A DNA stretch of 64,000 nt from Mobula hypostoma (GCF_963921235.1 NC_086109.1:3288001-3352000), one strand, 5' to 3'. Positions 9,863-23,142 are shown, numbered from the stretch's first letter. Translations and numbers: made by a program. Notes: generated by a model from the sequence alone, not told the origin.

Positions 9863-11904
9863 CATAAAACTAATCTTTGATCTTCAAGGTAATAGTGAGG
9901 CCTGGGGCAGATCATGTAGATCAGAGACTGAGTGGTGTAATACTGCTCCTATTTGCTTGTGTTGCCCTTTGTTGGTCCTCTTTCCAATATTTTTGTTCCC
10001 TTAAATCCCATCACCATATCTTCCAGCTGGAGATGGAGGAGCAGATGGGATGAAATGTCCTTGTGTAAAGATGATGGTTGATAGTGGTAGGAACTTCAAC
10101 TTCCCCAGTGTTGACTGGGATCAATTTATGTCAAAGCCTCAGGGAGTAAAGAATCCTTAGACTATGTCAAGGATCAGTTAGTTTCTGGGGTGATACTTTG
10201 ATAATTCTCTTAATGAAGAAACAATAGTGAAAGAAAGATGCCTTTTGATTATGGGTAGGTAAATGGAGCCACTTCAGAGAAAGTAACCACAGCTCTAGGT
10301 TTTAAGGTTGTTGTAGAGGTGAACAAGTATCGACTGGAAATTAAGGCCCTGAATTAGGGGAGGGCAAATTTCAACATGAAAATATGGGACTTAGCAAACA
10401 TAGAGTAGAGTTTTGCAGGTAAATCTACATCTGACTGATGGGAAATGTAGGACTGAAAGGACAAAATAAAGGACTGAAAAATCAAGGACAACATGTTCCC
10501 ATATTGGTGAAAGGTTGAGGAAGGAGGACTGGAGAGAGAAAGCAGAAGCCATAGCCACCGTTTATCAGCTTGGATGCTTATCTGGACTAGCGATCTGGAC
10601 AAGTACTGAAAATCCAGCAAACACCATCTCTCCTTAATGATTGAAAAGTATGGTTATTTGGACCTTCGGATTTCAACTCATTGGTAATTCTGCACTTATT
10701 GATCTCGTGGTAGAGAAGGATCAGATGGGGAGTTATTGGCACGACCATTCTTATCAACAAAAACTGATTTGAAGGTTACTCAAATCATTTTCTCTCAGCA
10801 GAAACTGGAATGAAACATTGATTTCTAAATGTCAGCCAGATTAAACAACTGCAAGGCAATCAATAGAATTATGTTTACTTAATTTTTTTCTTCAATTGCT
10901 TCTTTATTTATACAAAACAACTGATGAATCTCACAAAATAATTTTATTCTATGCCCTTTATATTCCTGATTATTTTATAAGCTCTATTCAACAAGGGTTA
11001 AAGGTCAAGGGTTTCATCTCGCCGAATGTGCATTTGTTCAGCGCCTCTCTTGCATGCTGCAGGGAGTTGAATTGCAGCATGCTGGGAATGTGCAAGAATC
11101 ATTGCAGGGCACAGTCAGAGCATGTGGGAGCTTGGCCAATGGTCAGACTGCTTTCTTCAGTGAGGAATGGCAGAAGGGAGTGTCAACATTCAGAAAATGG
11201 AAAAAAGTGAAAAGTGAAACATTTTAAAGATACTTGGAGAGGTACATGATAGGAAAGATTGAGAAGGATGTGAGTCAACTAGGGGCAAATGACACCAGCT
11301 TGGACAAGTTAGGCTGAGGTGTCGACTTTTTTTATTGTTATTTAGGGATCCCCATGGTAACAGGCCTTTCCAACCCAGCCAGCCCACGCCACCCAGCGAC
11401 ACACATGAGACCAATTAATCTACTAATCTGTACATCTTTGGGATGTGGGAGGAATTAAACTCGATGCCTCTCTAAGTAACAGAGAGAAAAGTTTCAAAGT
11501 TCATTTATCATCAAGGTGTGTATACAGAGCACAACTCTGAGATTCGTCCTTTTTCCAGGCAGCCGTGAAACAAAGAAACAGCATGGAACCCGTTCAACAC
11601 TCAACATGAGAAAGGAGAAGAACAAATTGTGCAAGGAGCAAAGAGCGAGCGATCGACACATAGAATATCAAACGTCAAACCAGTGGTGTTCAGTTTCGTT
11701 CCATTCAGCGCCACGCCACCAGCCAACGCGAACCACAGGGCCACTCTTCACCGAGGCACCCCAGTCCACATCGATCACCCCACTCAAAAACAGCAAAAAC
11801 AGAGTAACCAGGATCCAGGAACACAAAACAAAACAGAACCTGCAACAGAGGCAAGAAAGAACGGATAAACTCGGGTAACAGTATACTGCATGTAGGGATA
11901 AGGT

Positions 11905-12880
11905 CATACCACTTAAGAAGGGCTACAGAGAGAAGCCAGGGAACTACAGGTCGGTAACCTTACATGATGGTGAGAAGGGGATTGTGAGCGATAGGATCGA
12001 AATGCATTTGGGAAGGCAAGAATTAACTAGGGATAGTCAGTGTGGCTCTGTGTATGAAGTGTGCTGAGTGTGTTTTGAAGAGGTAACCAACAAGATTGGT
12101 GAAAGCAGAGTGATAGATGCTACCTTTAGCAAGGCTTTTAACAAGGCTCTACATGGAAGGTAAGACTACTGGGATCTAATGTAAGCTAGCCAGTTGGAGT
12201 CAGACTGGAGACCACTGTCCACTGGGGCACTGCAGGGAGTGGTGCTGGGTCCATTGTTGTTTCACACCTACGTTAACTATTTGGATAAGAATGTAGATGG
12301 AACTGTTGAGGGGTTTGTGAATGACACCAAAAGTGATGCTGCAACAGACAGTGCAGAAAGTTGTCTCAGGTTACAACAGAATCTAGATCATTTAGAAAAC
12401 CGGCCAAAGTAATGGGAGATGGAATTTAACTCAGGCAAGTGTGAAATAATGCATTTTGGGAAGTTAAACCAGGGCAGGGCATACACAGTACATGGTAGGC
12501 CCTGAGAGATGATGTAGAACAGACCAGTCTAGGGGAGTAATTACATATAGTAGTTTCCTAAAGGTGGGGTCACAGGTCAACAAGGTGGTGAAGAAGTCGT
12601 ATGGCATGCTTGTCTTTATTGGACAGGGCATGAGTGCAAAGGTTGGGATGTCACAAAGGAACAGTATGAGATACTGGTGACACTATACAGGGTACTGTGT
12701 GCAAATCTGGTCACTGTATCATTGAGTTAAGCTAGAGAGGGTGTAGATAAGATTCACAAAAATGCTGCTGGGATTTGAGGGTTTATTATGTAAGGAGAGG
12801 TGGATAGGCCTGGACCGCTTTCTCTGGAGCAAGGGGAATTTGGAGGTGTATAAAATTATCCGATGCATAGATAAGTTGAA
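11905..12880 (+). mobile_element. Degenerate CR1 LINE RT fragment
   Basis: GALQGVVLGPLLFHTYVNYLD...FVNDTK (decayed GVPQGSVLGP...FADDTK); PGNYR-like motif at about 11935. Confidence 0.85.
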
Positions 12881-13319
12881 TATCTGAAGGTGAAGCCCTA
12901 TTTCCCAGTCAATTGGCAATTGGCACTGCGGTCCACGTTGCAACCACTTTATGCATTAGACACTTTTCCCTTAGATTCATAGCAATAGAAAACTACAGAA
13001 GTAAAGTAGGCCCTTCAGCCCACCTATTCCATGCCAAACCATTTATTATTCCTTTATATATTTTGTAAAATCATTATATCTGTGTTCCCATTCCAGGAGC
13101 CAAATCCAGAAACAACTTCCCTTTCCATTGTATACCACTGTTAGACCTCCACTCAACCCGAGGTGAAATGCCAAAATCTGCAGATGCTGGAAATCTGAAA
13201 TAAAAACAGAAAATACTAGAAACAGAGGTCAAGGAGCATCTGCAGAAAGAGAAGCAGGCTGGCGGTCCTTCAATGGAACTATCAGAATGCATCAGACCTA
13301 TTGAAAAGTCTTTAACTTG

Positions 13320-13675
13320 AACACGAGGAAATCTGCAGATGCTGGAAATTCAAGCAACACACACAAAATGCTGGTGAAACACAGCAGGCCGGGCAGCATC
13401 TATAGGAAAAGGTACAGTCGACGTTTCAGGTCAAAACTCTTCATCAGGACTAACGGAAAAAAAGAGCTAGTAAGAGATTTGAATGTAGGAGGGGGAGGGG
13501 GAGATCCAAAATGATAGGAGAAGACAGGAGAGGGAGGGATGGAGCCAAGAGCTGGGAAGTTGATTGGCAAAAGGGATACCAGGCTGGAGAAGGGAGAGGA
13601 TCATGGGACGGGAGGCCTAGGGAGAAAGAAAGGGGGAGGGGAGCACCAGAGGAAGATGGAGAACAGACAAGGAGT
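13320..13675 (-). mobile_element. Penelope-like element 3' UTR/pLTR fragment
   Basis: Reverse complement of 16420-16720 plus terminal extension; flanked by AAGTCTTTAACTTG at 13306-13319 and 13684-13697. Confidence 0.85.
13416..13451 (-). ncRNA. Minimal type I hammerhead motif (Penelope-associated), imperfect stem II
   Basis: Minus strand AGTC-CUGAUGA-AGAGUUUUGACCU-GAAA-CG-UC-GACU. Confidence 0.6.
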
Positions 13676-16030
13676 TTAACTTGAAGTCTTTAACTTGGAG
13701 CAGGTTTCCTCACCAGACAGATTCTGCCTGACCTACTGAGTGTTTCCAGCACTTGTTGATTTTACTTGGCTCGAGTCCTTCATCTTCTCCATTCTAACCT
13801 TGGTCCTGGAACCTCTCCTTCCTGAAACCATTTTCTGGATCTTCTCCAGGACACAGCTGGAAGGAAACACATATACCTGACTGTGACTTCACCTCCTTGT
13901 TTACAGATTGAATAAAACTTCCCTTCTAAACCCTGTGCCTCAACCTGCGATCCAAAGGATCTGTGTGCTTTAACTACCGTCACACTGTGTTCAAGTCCAG
14001 ATACACTTGGATCTCCCTTTCTGCACTCTCCTTCGAACTGTCCTACTCACTCTATATCTTGTTATTTTATCTAAATCTGACACTTTAAACTCCTGCTACT
14101 GTTACACCTTGATCCACCCATCCTGCCAATAGCAATACCATCTTACTTCAGAAATTAGGCTCCAAAGTGTCACTTTCAGCAAAACCAGGTCTTCACCAGC
14201 TCCTGCCAGCCACCACTTTCCACCACCAGCCCGATCCACGCCACCCACAACACCCATCCTGGCCTGACTGCTCCATCTTCCAGGCATATTCAAGCACTTC
14301 CTGAAAGCCTCTGCTGGCTGTTGACTAAGGCCAGGGCTCAGGTCAACCATGGAGTGATTCCAGGACTAACCATTCCAGAGCTAATCTTTCCAGCACCAGT
14401 TCTGTGCCCTTTCTCGCACGCTATTAGATTGGAAATGGAATTTCATATGTGCCAAGACACAGTAAAAAACTTGTCTTGCACACTGTTCATGCAGGTCAGA
14501 TCATTATAGAGTGACTCTGGTAGCACAGGATACAATAACTGAATACAGAGAAACTAAAGGTTCTAACTTCTCTCAACTGCACTTGCCCAGTCATTGAAAT
14601 AGTCTCACAACCTTGCTTCAAGGACTCTTCATCTCATGCTCTCGTTATTTATTGCTTATTTATTTATTATTATTATTTCTTTCTTTTTGTAGTTACACAG
14701 TTCATTGTCTTTTGCAGTCTGGTTGAATGTCCAAGTTGGTGCAATCCTTCATTGGTTCTATTATGGATTTATTAATTATGCCCACAAGAAAATGAATCAA
14801 AGAGTTGTATATGGTGACATGTATGTACTTTGACAATAAATTTACTTTGAACTTTAAAGTGTAACAGCTCCAGAGAACGTGCAGAGCAGATAGATAGTAA
14901 GGTGCAAATTCATAACGAGGTAGATTGTGAGGTCAAGGGTCTATTTTAGCCTATTAAGGAACCATCCAATAGTCTTATAGCAGGAGTCAGAAGCTGTCCT
15001 TGAGCCCTGTGGTACATGCATTCAGGCTTTAGTATCTGCTGCCCAGTGGGTGGGGTAGAAGGAAAATGTCCGGGGCGGTTGGCTGGGGTCGTTTCTATGC
15101 TGACTGTTTTACTGAGGTTGCAAGAGGTGTAGACTGTGTTCATGGAGGGGAGGCTGGTTTTTGTGACATGCAGAGCTACAGCCACAACTCTCTGCAGTTT
15201 TTTATTCATTTATTGAGATACAACATGGAATAGTTTCTTCTGGCCCTTGGAGCCATGCCACCCAGCAATCCCCCAGTTTAACCCCAGCCTAATCACAGAA
15301 CAGTTTACAATGACCAGCCAAGTAGAATGTCTTTGCACCGTGGGAGGAAATCGGAGTACCAGGAGGAAACCTGCGGGGTCATGGGGTCACATGCAGAGCT
15401 ATTGTGCACTAAGCCGTTATGCATCCAGATAGGATGCTTTCCATGGTGTGTCAAGAAAAACTGGGGACATGCTAACTTGCTTTAGCATACTACGTAAGTA
15501 AAGACGTTGGTGAGCGTTCTTAGCCATATCAAACTCTACACCTTTAATGCAGATAAGAGCATGTGCAGCATCTGCTTGCTGAAATCAATGATCAGCTCTT
15601 TATTTTGGAGAGGTGTCTGTCACGTGTCAATGTTACTCGGCTCTATATCTCCATCCTGTACTCCAACTCATTGTCATTTGAGATGGGGCCCACTACTGTG
15701 TTATCACCTTCAAGCAGATGGAGTGGGAGCAGAATCAGGCAACAAAGTCAGGAGTTTATAGGGAGTAGAGTAGGAGGCTGAGAACACAGCCTCATGAGGC
15801 ACCGATATATTTAGAATAACTGTGAGAAGGTGCAACAACTTTGGGTGGAATCTACTCACTCAGTCTGAGATTAGACAGAATCAGCAAGAAATACCAAATG
15901 ATACAACCATGTGCTGTGCTTAAAGCATAAAATAATTGTAGATTTACCTGGATAGATCTGTGCAAGACAGGGCCTCACACAAGAGTGGAAGCCTCTCTCA
16001 TGAGATCTTTGAGGAAAGGAAGTAATTCCT

Positions 16031-16721
16031 CAAACATGAGGAAATCTGCAGATGCTGGAATTTCAAGCAACACACATCAAAGTTGCTGGTGAACGCAGCA
16101 GGCCAGGCAGCATCTATAGGAAGCGGTACATTCGACGTCCGCCAGAGAAAGCAGGATCTCCCAGTGGCCACACATTTTAATTCCACGTCCCATTCCCATT
16201 CTCATATGTCTATCCACGGCCTCCTCCACTGTAAAGATGAAGCCACACTCAGGTTGGAGGAACAACACCTTATATTCCGTCTCGGTAGCCTCCAACCTGA
16301 TGGCATGAACATTGACTTCTCAAACTTCCGCCAATGCCCCACCTCCCCCTCGTACCCCATCCCTTATTTATATACACACATTTTTTTATCTCCTTTTTCT
16401 CCCTCTGTCCCTCTCACTATACCCCTTGCCCATCCTCTGGGTTTTCCCCCCATCCCCCTTTTCTTTCTCCCTAGGCCTCCTGGCCCATGATCCTCTCATA
16501 TCCCTTTTGCCTATCACCTGTCCAGCTCTTGGCTCCATCCCTCCCCCTCCTGTCTTCTCCTATCATTTCGGATCTCCCCCTCCCCCTCCCACTTTCAGAT
16601 CTCTTACTAGCTCTTCTTTCAGTTAGTCCTGACGAAGGGTCTCGGCCTGAAACGTCGACTGTACCTCTTCCTAGAGATGCTGCCTGGCCTGCTGTGTTCA
16701 CCAGCAACTTTGATGTGTGTT
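16031..16721 (+). mobile_element. Penelope-like element: inverted partial pLTR, GIY-YIG C-terminus, then 3' pLTR
   Basis: DLPVATHFNSTSHSHSHMSIHGLLHCKDEATLRLEEQHLIFRLGSLQPDGMNIDF (PLE GIY-YIG end); 16031-16130 is inverted relative to the 3' end; 12-bp TSD GAAGTAATTCCT at 16019-16030 and 16722-16733. Confidence 0.9.
16625..16660 (+). ncRNA. Minimal type I hammerhead ribozyme motif
   Basis: AGTC-CUGACGA-AGG(GUCUCGG)CCU-GAAA-CG-UC-GACU; stem I AGUC/GACU, stem II AGG/CCU, palindromic ACGU in place of stem III. Confidence 0.8.
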
Positions 16722-16889
16722 GAAGTAATTCCTTATTGGGATCAGGGAAAATCCTGATGGTGAGGCAGCTTAGATCCATCAGAAACACCAGCTGGACTAG
16801 AAGGGTGGAGACACAAGATCGTAACTGCTGCCAAGGTGCTGAAAATAATTAGAGCAGGGAAGTGAAGGTAACCTGTCAAAGCTCAAATA

Positions 16890-17572
16890 CAGCACACACA
16901 GAATGCTGGAGGAACTCAGCAGGTCAGGCAGCATCTACAGAAAAGAATAAACAGTCAACGTTTCAAGTGGAGACGCTTCTTCAGAAGTGAGAAGGAAGGT
17001 GGAAAATGCCAGAATAAAAAGGTGGGGTGAGGGGAAGGAGGCTAGCTGGAAGACGACAGGTGAAGCCAGATGGGTGGGAAAGGCAAAGGGCTGGAGAAGA
17101 AGGAATCTGATAGGAGAGGAGAGTGGACCATAGGAGAAAGGGAAGCAGGAGGGGACCCAAGTGGAAGTGATAGGCAGGTGAGAAGAGGTAAAAGATTAGA
17201 ATGGGGAATAGAGGAAGGGAGTGGGGAGGGGGGAATTTTCTTACTGGAAAGAGAAATCGATATTCATGCCATCAGGTTGGAACCAGACAGAGTACTAGGT
17301 GTTGCTCCCCTGCCCTGAAGGTGGCCTCTTCTTGGCACAAGAGGAGGCCACGGACCGGCATGTCAGAACAGGAATGGGAATCAGAATAAAAAATGTTTGG
17401 CCAGCAGGAAGTTCCGCTTTTAGTAGATGGAGCAGAGGTGCTCGACAAAGCCATCCCCCAGTTTACGACGGATCTCACCAACGTAGAGCAGGCTGCATCG
17501 GAGGCACCAGGCCCAGCGGATTCACAGGTGAAGTGTTGCCTCACCTGGAGGGAGAGTTTGGAACCTGGTATC
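16890..17572 (-). mobile_element. Penelope-like element 3' fragment (degenerate GIY-YIG plus pLTR)
   Basis: Minus-strand SLQVRQHFTCES...HSCSDMPVRGLLLCQEEATFRAGEQHLVLCL; degenerate hammerhead at about 16953-16987. Confidence 0.8.
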
Positions 17573-18849
17573 AGGAGAACGATCCGCACTTACCTCGACT
17601 GAGAGTGGCAATGTTTGCTTGAGGTACGACTGCTTCTTAATAGTAATGTGGGGAAGCATTTATACGCTCCCACACTGTCAATTCTTCCTATGATAAATCA
17701 AAGACTGTGCAGTTTTTTTTTAATGAGCCCTACTGAGCACAAGGAATAGGGTAATTCTCACCAGGCTTCTTTCTTCCAAAGATCCACGGCTGTGATACAG
17801 CCTTGTGGAAACAAAGCTCGGATATAATTATAGAGCATGACGCACAGAAAATTGGGCAGCAGTAGAGTTTAGCTTAATAGGTGAGAACTGGGTTGGTGGC
17901 TTCAACCTTGGAGTATCTCAGAAGATTGAAGTTGAAATAATATCATCAGTGCAAATTGCTTCCAAATGAAAAATGCACTTACAGCTTTCAGAAATACATC
18001 AGAGAGTGAGTCACAGTTCAGTCAGCCAGGATTGTTTAGATTGTAAAAGAACAGGGGCTGGAATTTGTGAACACTGTTCAGAATCCTCAGGCTGATCAAT
18101 AAACCATTTAAATGTAATGTCTTGGTCAATGCCCTGGAACAATTATCAGTGTAGTTTGTAGTTTGTCCGTTACTTCTCCTTTGAAGAGTTTCTGAATGTG
18201 CCGCAGAGATTCTTCACTGCATTGGACGGCTGGAGAATAAATTCAAGCAACAGTATTTATCAGGTAGACAGCAAAAAATATCAGATTCAGTCTTTATTAA
18301 ACAACAAACCCAATTTCAATTTTTCCTGATTTTCATCTCAGAGTTGAAATTTTATATTGATAACAAACCATTAGATTTCATTTGGAACTTTCCTGTAAAC
18401 TAATTTCATAGAAATGAAATCCCATTACTGAAGGAGGAGCTGATTTCTCTCCAGCATCATTCACTGAATAGCACACACACAACCTCAGCATTAATGAAGC
18501 ACTGTACAAATGCACTCATTGACCAAAAAGCTCAAAGTTCAAAGTAAGTTTTATTATCAAAGTTCATCTGTGTCACCACATACAATGCTGAGATTCATTT
18601 TCTTGTGGGCATACTTAGCAAATCTATACAGTGATAACTATATCAGAATCAATGAAAGACTGCCCAATCAGCATTGAACCAGAGTGCAGAAGACAACAAA
18701 CTCTGCAATTGCAAACAGAAGGAACAATAATATAAATAAATCAGCAGTAAACATTGAGAACCTGAGCTGAAGAGTCCTTGAAAGTGAGTCCATTGGTTGC
18801 AGGAATATTTAAACGATGGGGCAAGTGAAGTTGAGTGTAGTACTCGATC

Positions 18850-19150
18850 TGTTTTAAGAGCTAAGAAAGAGGCACGAGGTTTGCCCGGCCATCAGCAGTG
18901 CAGTAATCAGTCTCTTTTCTGGTGGTCACTTGAGGGATAAATATTGGCCAGGATACAAGAAAAAACTTCCCTGTTTTTCCTCAAAAATTATCACAATTTT
19001 GCATCTGAAAGGTTTAGTATCATCTCTGACAATGCAGCACTCCCTCAACTTACACCCAAGTATCAGCCTTGCCTTTGTACTCAAGTCTCTGCACTGAGCT
19101 TTGAAAGAACAACCATTCAGTCAAAGCAAGGCTTCAGTCAGAGCTGTTGA
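18850..19150 (-). mobile_element. Ancient Deu-domain SINE remnant (AmnSINE1/SacSINE1-like)
   Basis: Minus strand contains TGAGGGAGTGCTGCATTGTCAGAG and TCCTGGCCAATATTTATCCCTCAA, motifs I recall from Deu-SINE consensus sequences. Confidence 0.6.
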
Positions 19151-19329
19151 AGCATCAGCTCTTTTTTTTTCATTTTCTCATCTCTAGGATTAAGAGTTTA
19201 TACTGGGGTCAGTGCCTACTGCATCTTGTTTATGGAACTTGGCATGGAATTTGACTCCCGTCACCCAGGTCATGCCTTGTTCTCTTTGCTACCACCAGGA
19301 AGGAGGCATAGAAGCTGAAAGCACAAACT

Positions 19330-20328
19330 CAACAATTCCACCATCAATACTACCTGCAAGCATATCTCTTCCATTTTGTGCATGTCCACCCTCACCCCAT
19401 CCTCCCGCCATCCCACCAGGGATAGAGTTCCTCTTATCCTCACCGACCATCCCACCAGCCTCCACATCCAGCACATAATTCTCCGTAACTTCCACCATCT
19501 CCAGCGGGATCCCACTACCAAGGTTAAATTTTCCTTCCCCCTTACTTTCTGCTTTCCACAGGGATCGCTCTCTACACAACTCCCTTGTCCATTCATTCCT
19601 CCCCACTGATCTCCCTCCTGGCACTTATCCTTGTAAGTGGAACATGTGCTACACCTGCCACTACACCTCCTCCTTCACTACCATTCAGTGCCTCAAAAAG
19701 TCCTTCCAGGTGAGTTGACACTTCACCTGTGAGTCTGTAGGGGTCATTTACTGTATCCAGTGTGGCCTCCTGTATATCGATGGCAGATTAGGAGACCACT
19801 TCATTGAGTAACTACGCTCCCTCCGCCAGAAAAGGTGGGATCTCCCGGAGGCCACCAATTTTAATTCCATTTCCCATTCCCATCCCGACATATCAATCCA
19901 TGGCCTCCTCCACTGTCACGACAAGGCCACACTCAAGTTGGAGGAGCAACACCTTATATTCCAATCTGATGCCATGAACATCAATTTCTTGAACTTCCAA
20001 TGTGTCCTGCTTCCTTCACCATTCCACATTCCCATTTCCCTCTCACCTTATCTAACCGTACCAGCCTATCAGCTAGAACCCTCTGGTGCTCCTCCCCCGT
20101 TTCTTTCTTCCATGGCCTTCTGATTGCCCCTTCTCCAACTCTGTATCTCTTTCACCAATCAACCGGGAACTTCACCCCTTCCCATTCACCTATCGCCTTG
20201 TGGTTCTCCCTCCCCCTCCCCACTTTCTTCCTCTGATTCCTCGTCTCGGCCAGAAACGTCGACTGTACGCTTTTCCACAGATGCTGCCTGGCCATCCGAG
20301 TTCCTCCAGCATTTTGTGTGTGTGTTGC
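19330..20328 (+). mobile_element. Penelope-like element fragment nested in a Rex1-type 3' fragment
   Basis: DRVPLILTDHPTSLHIQHIILRNFHHLQRDPTT; FTCES-GVIYCIQC GIY-YIG region; EEQHLIF; partially deleted hammerhead at about 20235-20263; host LINE halves at 19258-19330 and 20335-20570. Confidence 0.85.
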
Positions 20329-20627
20329 TCGACAATTCGGGAAGAGCTTCTTCCCCTCTGCCAATCAACTTCTGAATGGACACTGAACCCATGAACATTA
20401 ACTCTACATTTTTATTTCCAGTTTTGCACTATCTATGTAATTTAAACTATTTTATATATATACTTACTGTAATTCACGATTTTTTCCATTGTTATGTGTT
20501 GCATTGTACTGCTGCTGCAAAGTTCACAAATTTCACAATGTTTGCCGGTGATGTCAAACCTCAATCTGATTTATTTATTTTTCCATGTGAGTATATCCTT
20601 CCGGTTGCCTGGGACTTAAACCCTTAA

Positions 20628-21545
20628 GACATAAGAGCAGAATTAGGCCATTGAGTCCATCAAGTCTACTTCACCATTCCATCATGATTCATTATGCCTT
20701 TCAAGCCCATTCTTGTGCCTTTTCCCCATAACCTTTGATATCCTCACTAGTCAAGAACAAGTCAAACTCTGGCTTACTTATACCTAATGACTTGCCCCCC
20801 CCCCCGCCCCAGCCCCAGCCCCAGCCGTCCATAGCAATGAATTCCACAAATTCACTGTTGTGTATTTAATATTTCAGTAGTGTTTGAGTAACGTTGGGAA
20901 TATATTGTTTGAGTCAGCATTCTTCCTTTAATAATTCATTACGGATTATATGTAAAAATACGTCATCACGTTGCCAGGTAATTCATGTGCACCTCGCTTA
21001 TAGTAAACACCAAGTTAGGCTCACATTTCAGACTTTCATGTCTTCCTTTGAATTAGTTTAACATTCTGAAGTTACAAAACATAACATTCACTACTCTCTG
21101 GCTAAATAAATTTCCTCTCATCTCTGTTTTAAACGGACATCCCTCTATTCTGAGGCTGTGCCTTCTGGTCCCAGAATCGCCTGCTATAAAAAATGTCCTC
21201 TCCACATCCACTCTCTCTAGGTCTTTCAGTATTCCATAGGTTTCAATGAGATTCCCCACCACCAACCCCACCTCTCTCATTCTTCTAAACTCCAGCAAGT
21301 ACAGGCCCAGAGCCACCAAACCCTTTCATGAGCAGAATTATTCTAATAAACTTCCTCAGGACCTTCTCCAATGCCAGCACATTGTTTCTTCGATAAGGGG
21401 CCCAAAACTGTTCACAATACTCCTAGAGAGGTCTGATGAAAGCCATATAAAGCCTCAGCATTACATCCCTGCTCTTATATTCTAGTCCTCTTGAAATAAA
21501 TGTTAACATTGCATTTACTTTCCTCACTACGGACTCACCGGCAAA
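20628..21545 (-). mobile_element. CR1 LINE 3' fragment interrupted by a solo LTR
   Basis: Minus-strand ALGLYLLEFRRMR...RRHSLRIEGCPFKTEMRGNLFSQRVVN; tail (GACATAAG) at the left end. Confidence 0.85.
20856..21086. mobile_element. Solo LTR (231 bp)
   Basis: TG...CA termini with imperfect inverted repeat TGTTGTG/CATAACA; 5-bp TSD TTCAC at 20851-20855 and 21087-21091; CR1 sequence is contiguous across it. Confidence 0.8.
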
Positions 21546-23142
21546 TTAGCCTTTTCATAAGATCCTTGCTCAGATTATTAGCTGCTTCTCTTTCCTCAGA
21601 CGCTGCCTGATCACCCAGCTTTTCCACAATTTTATGGTTTTGAACCAATGTTTAACATTCTTAAAATGGAGGTCAGTTGAAACTATCTCAATAATGGAGC
21701 TGAAGATAAGTCTCCAGAACATAAGGACAAGGAGCAGGAGTTGGCTGCCCAGCCCTTCGACCCTGCTGTGTTATTCCTGCAGATCATTCCTACACATTGT
21801 CCTCAGCATTGCTACCCCACGTTAAACTTTCATTTATAGAGCCCTGCACCTACACTCCACTCGGAGTGAAGATACCTTCCCTATTTCAGTCCATGGCCTA
21901 CCCCCATTCTCAAAAACCCACCCCACACCTGGCCTGGCAACACCTGTGAGAATTTTGCAGGTTTTAAAGAGATTGCGTCTTAGTCTTCTAAGCTTCAGCA
22001 AGTTCTGTCACAGCTTAATCAATCTCTTCTCGTGTGGCAAACCCAAAATCCCTAGAACCAGTCTAGTGAATCTTTGCTCAAATAACTCTTTGGTAAACTC
22101 ACCTACTCTTAGGTGAGAGTTCCAGGTGTGGCCTATGCAAATTCATATACTCCAGGTGTGGCCTCTTTAAGGCTTAGGCAACTGAAGTAAGACTTCTGTA
22201 ATTAAACCCTCTCATTTTAGAGGCTGGTGTGTAATTCTTCATCCCAGTTACCTGCTCTTCTTGCATATTGGCATTAGTGACTTGACCCTGTGATTTTGAG
22301 CAGTCTCTAATCTCTCACCTTTTCACAAATGTTCTGCATTTCCGTCTGTTGTCTCCACTTTCTTCTCCACGTGCTCTTGCCTGCTCACTTAGCAACACCA
22401 GCCCTTGAAACCTCTTGCATCCTCCTCACAGGTAGACATCAAACCTCAGTCACTGAGCAGGACTGGTCCCTTAAGTAAAGGAGTCTTAGAAAAATAGATT
22501 CCTGATAAAAATGACTGGAGCTTACTTTGATTTACACATCCATGGGATACGTCTATGCAATGCAGACAGGACTAGTTGTCCCCATTTGCCTCTAAGCTGA
22601 GTGTTTCAAGGGATGACTTCAGGGACAACAGAGCGTCAGTCACCTTGTAGGCCTGGGGGTCACACTGGATAAGAACAAAGATCTTCATCCTCAGAGGAGT
22701 TCATGAACACGGTCATCTTTATGCCAACCCTTTTGTTTCCAGGTCCCCAGTGCAGATACTGGGGATAGGTTTGGATTCATATCATTATTTAAATTTAACT
22801 TCTCCATTGGACAAATTTATTTTACACAAGCACTGTGAGGAGGAAAGCTGTCTGAACTCAGTGTCTTCTGCTGATGAACCACCCACAGACTGGGACTGAT
22901 AAAGTTGACAGGATGGGGTAGCCATGCCCCTAAATGATGAAGGGATGAGAACATTATGTGTTAGTGCCTCAGTGATGGCACAATCCTCCAACTCATCCCT
23001 CACAGGTACTAACTCCTGTAGCCACATGTTATTTCACGACTAGTAGATTCCTGGTTGCTGTGGATAGGATGCTTTGGTTTGCCATATTGGTGTCTCTCTG
23101 GTGCTCTGTAGGAATGTCAGGACACTGAATTGCTGTTATGCT

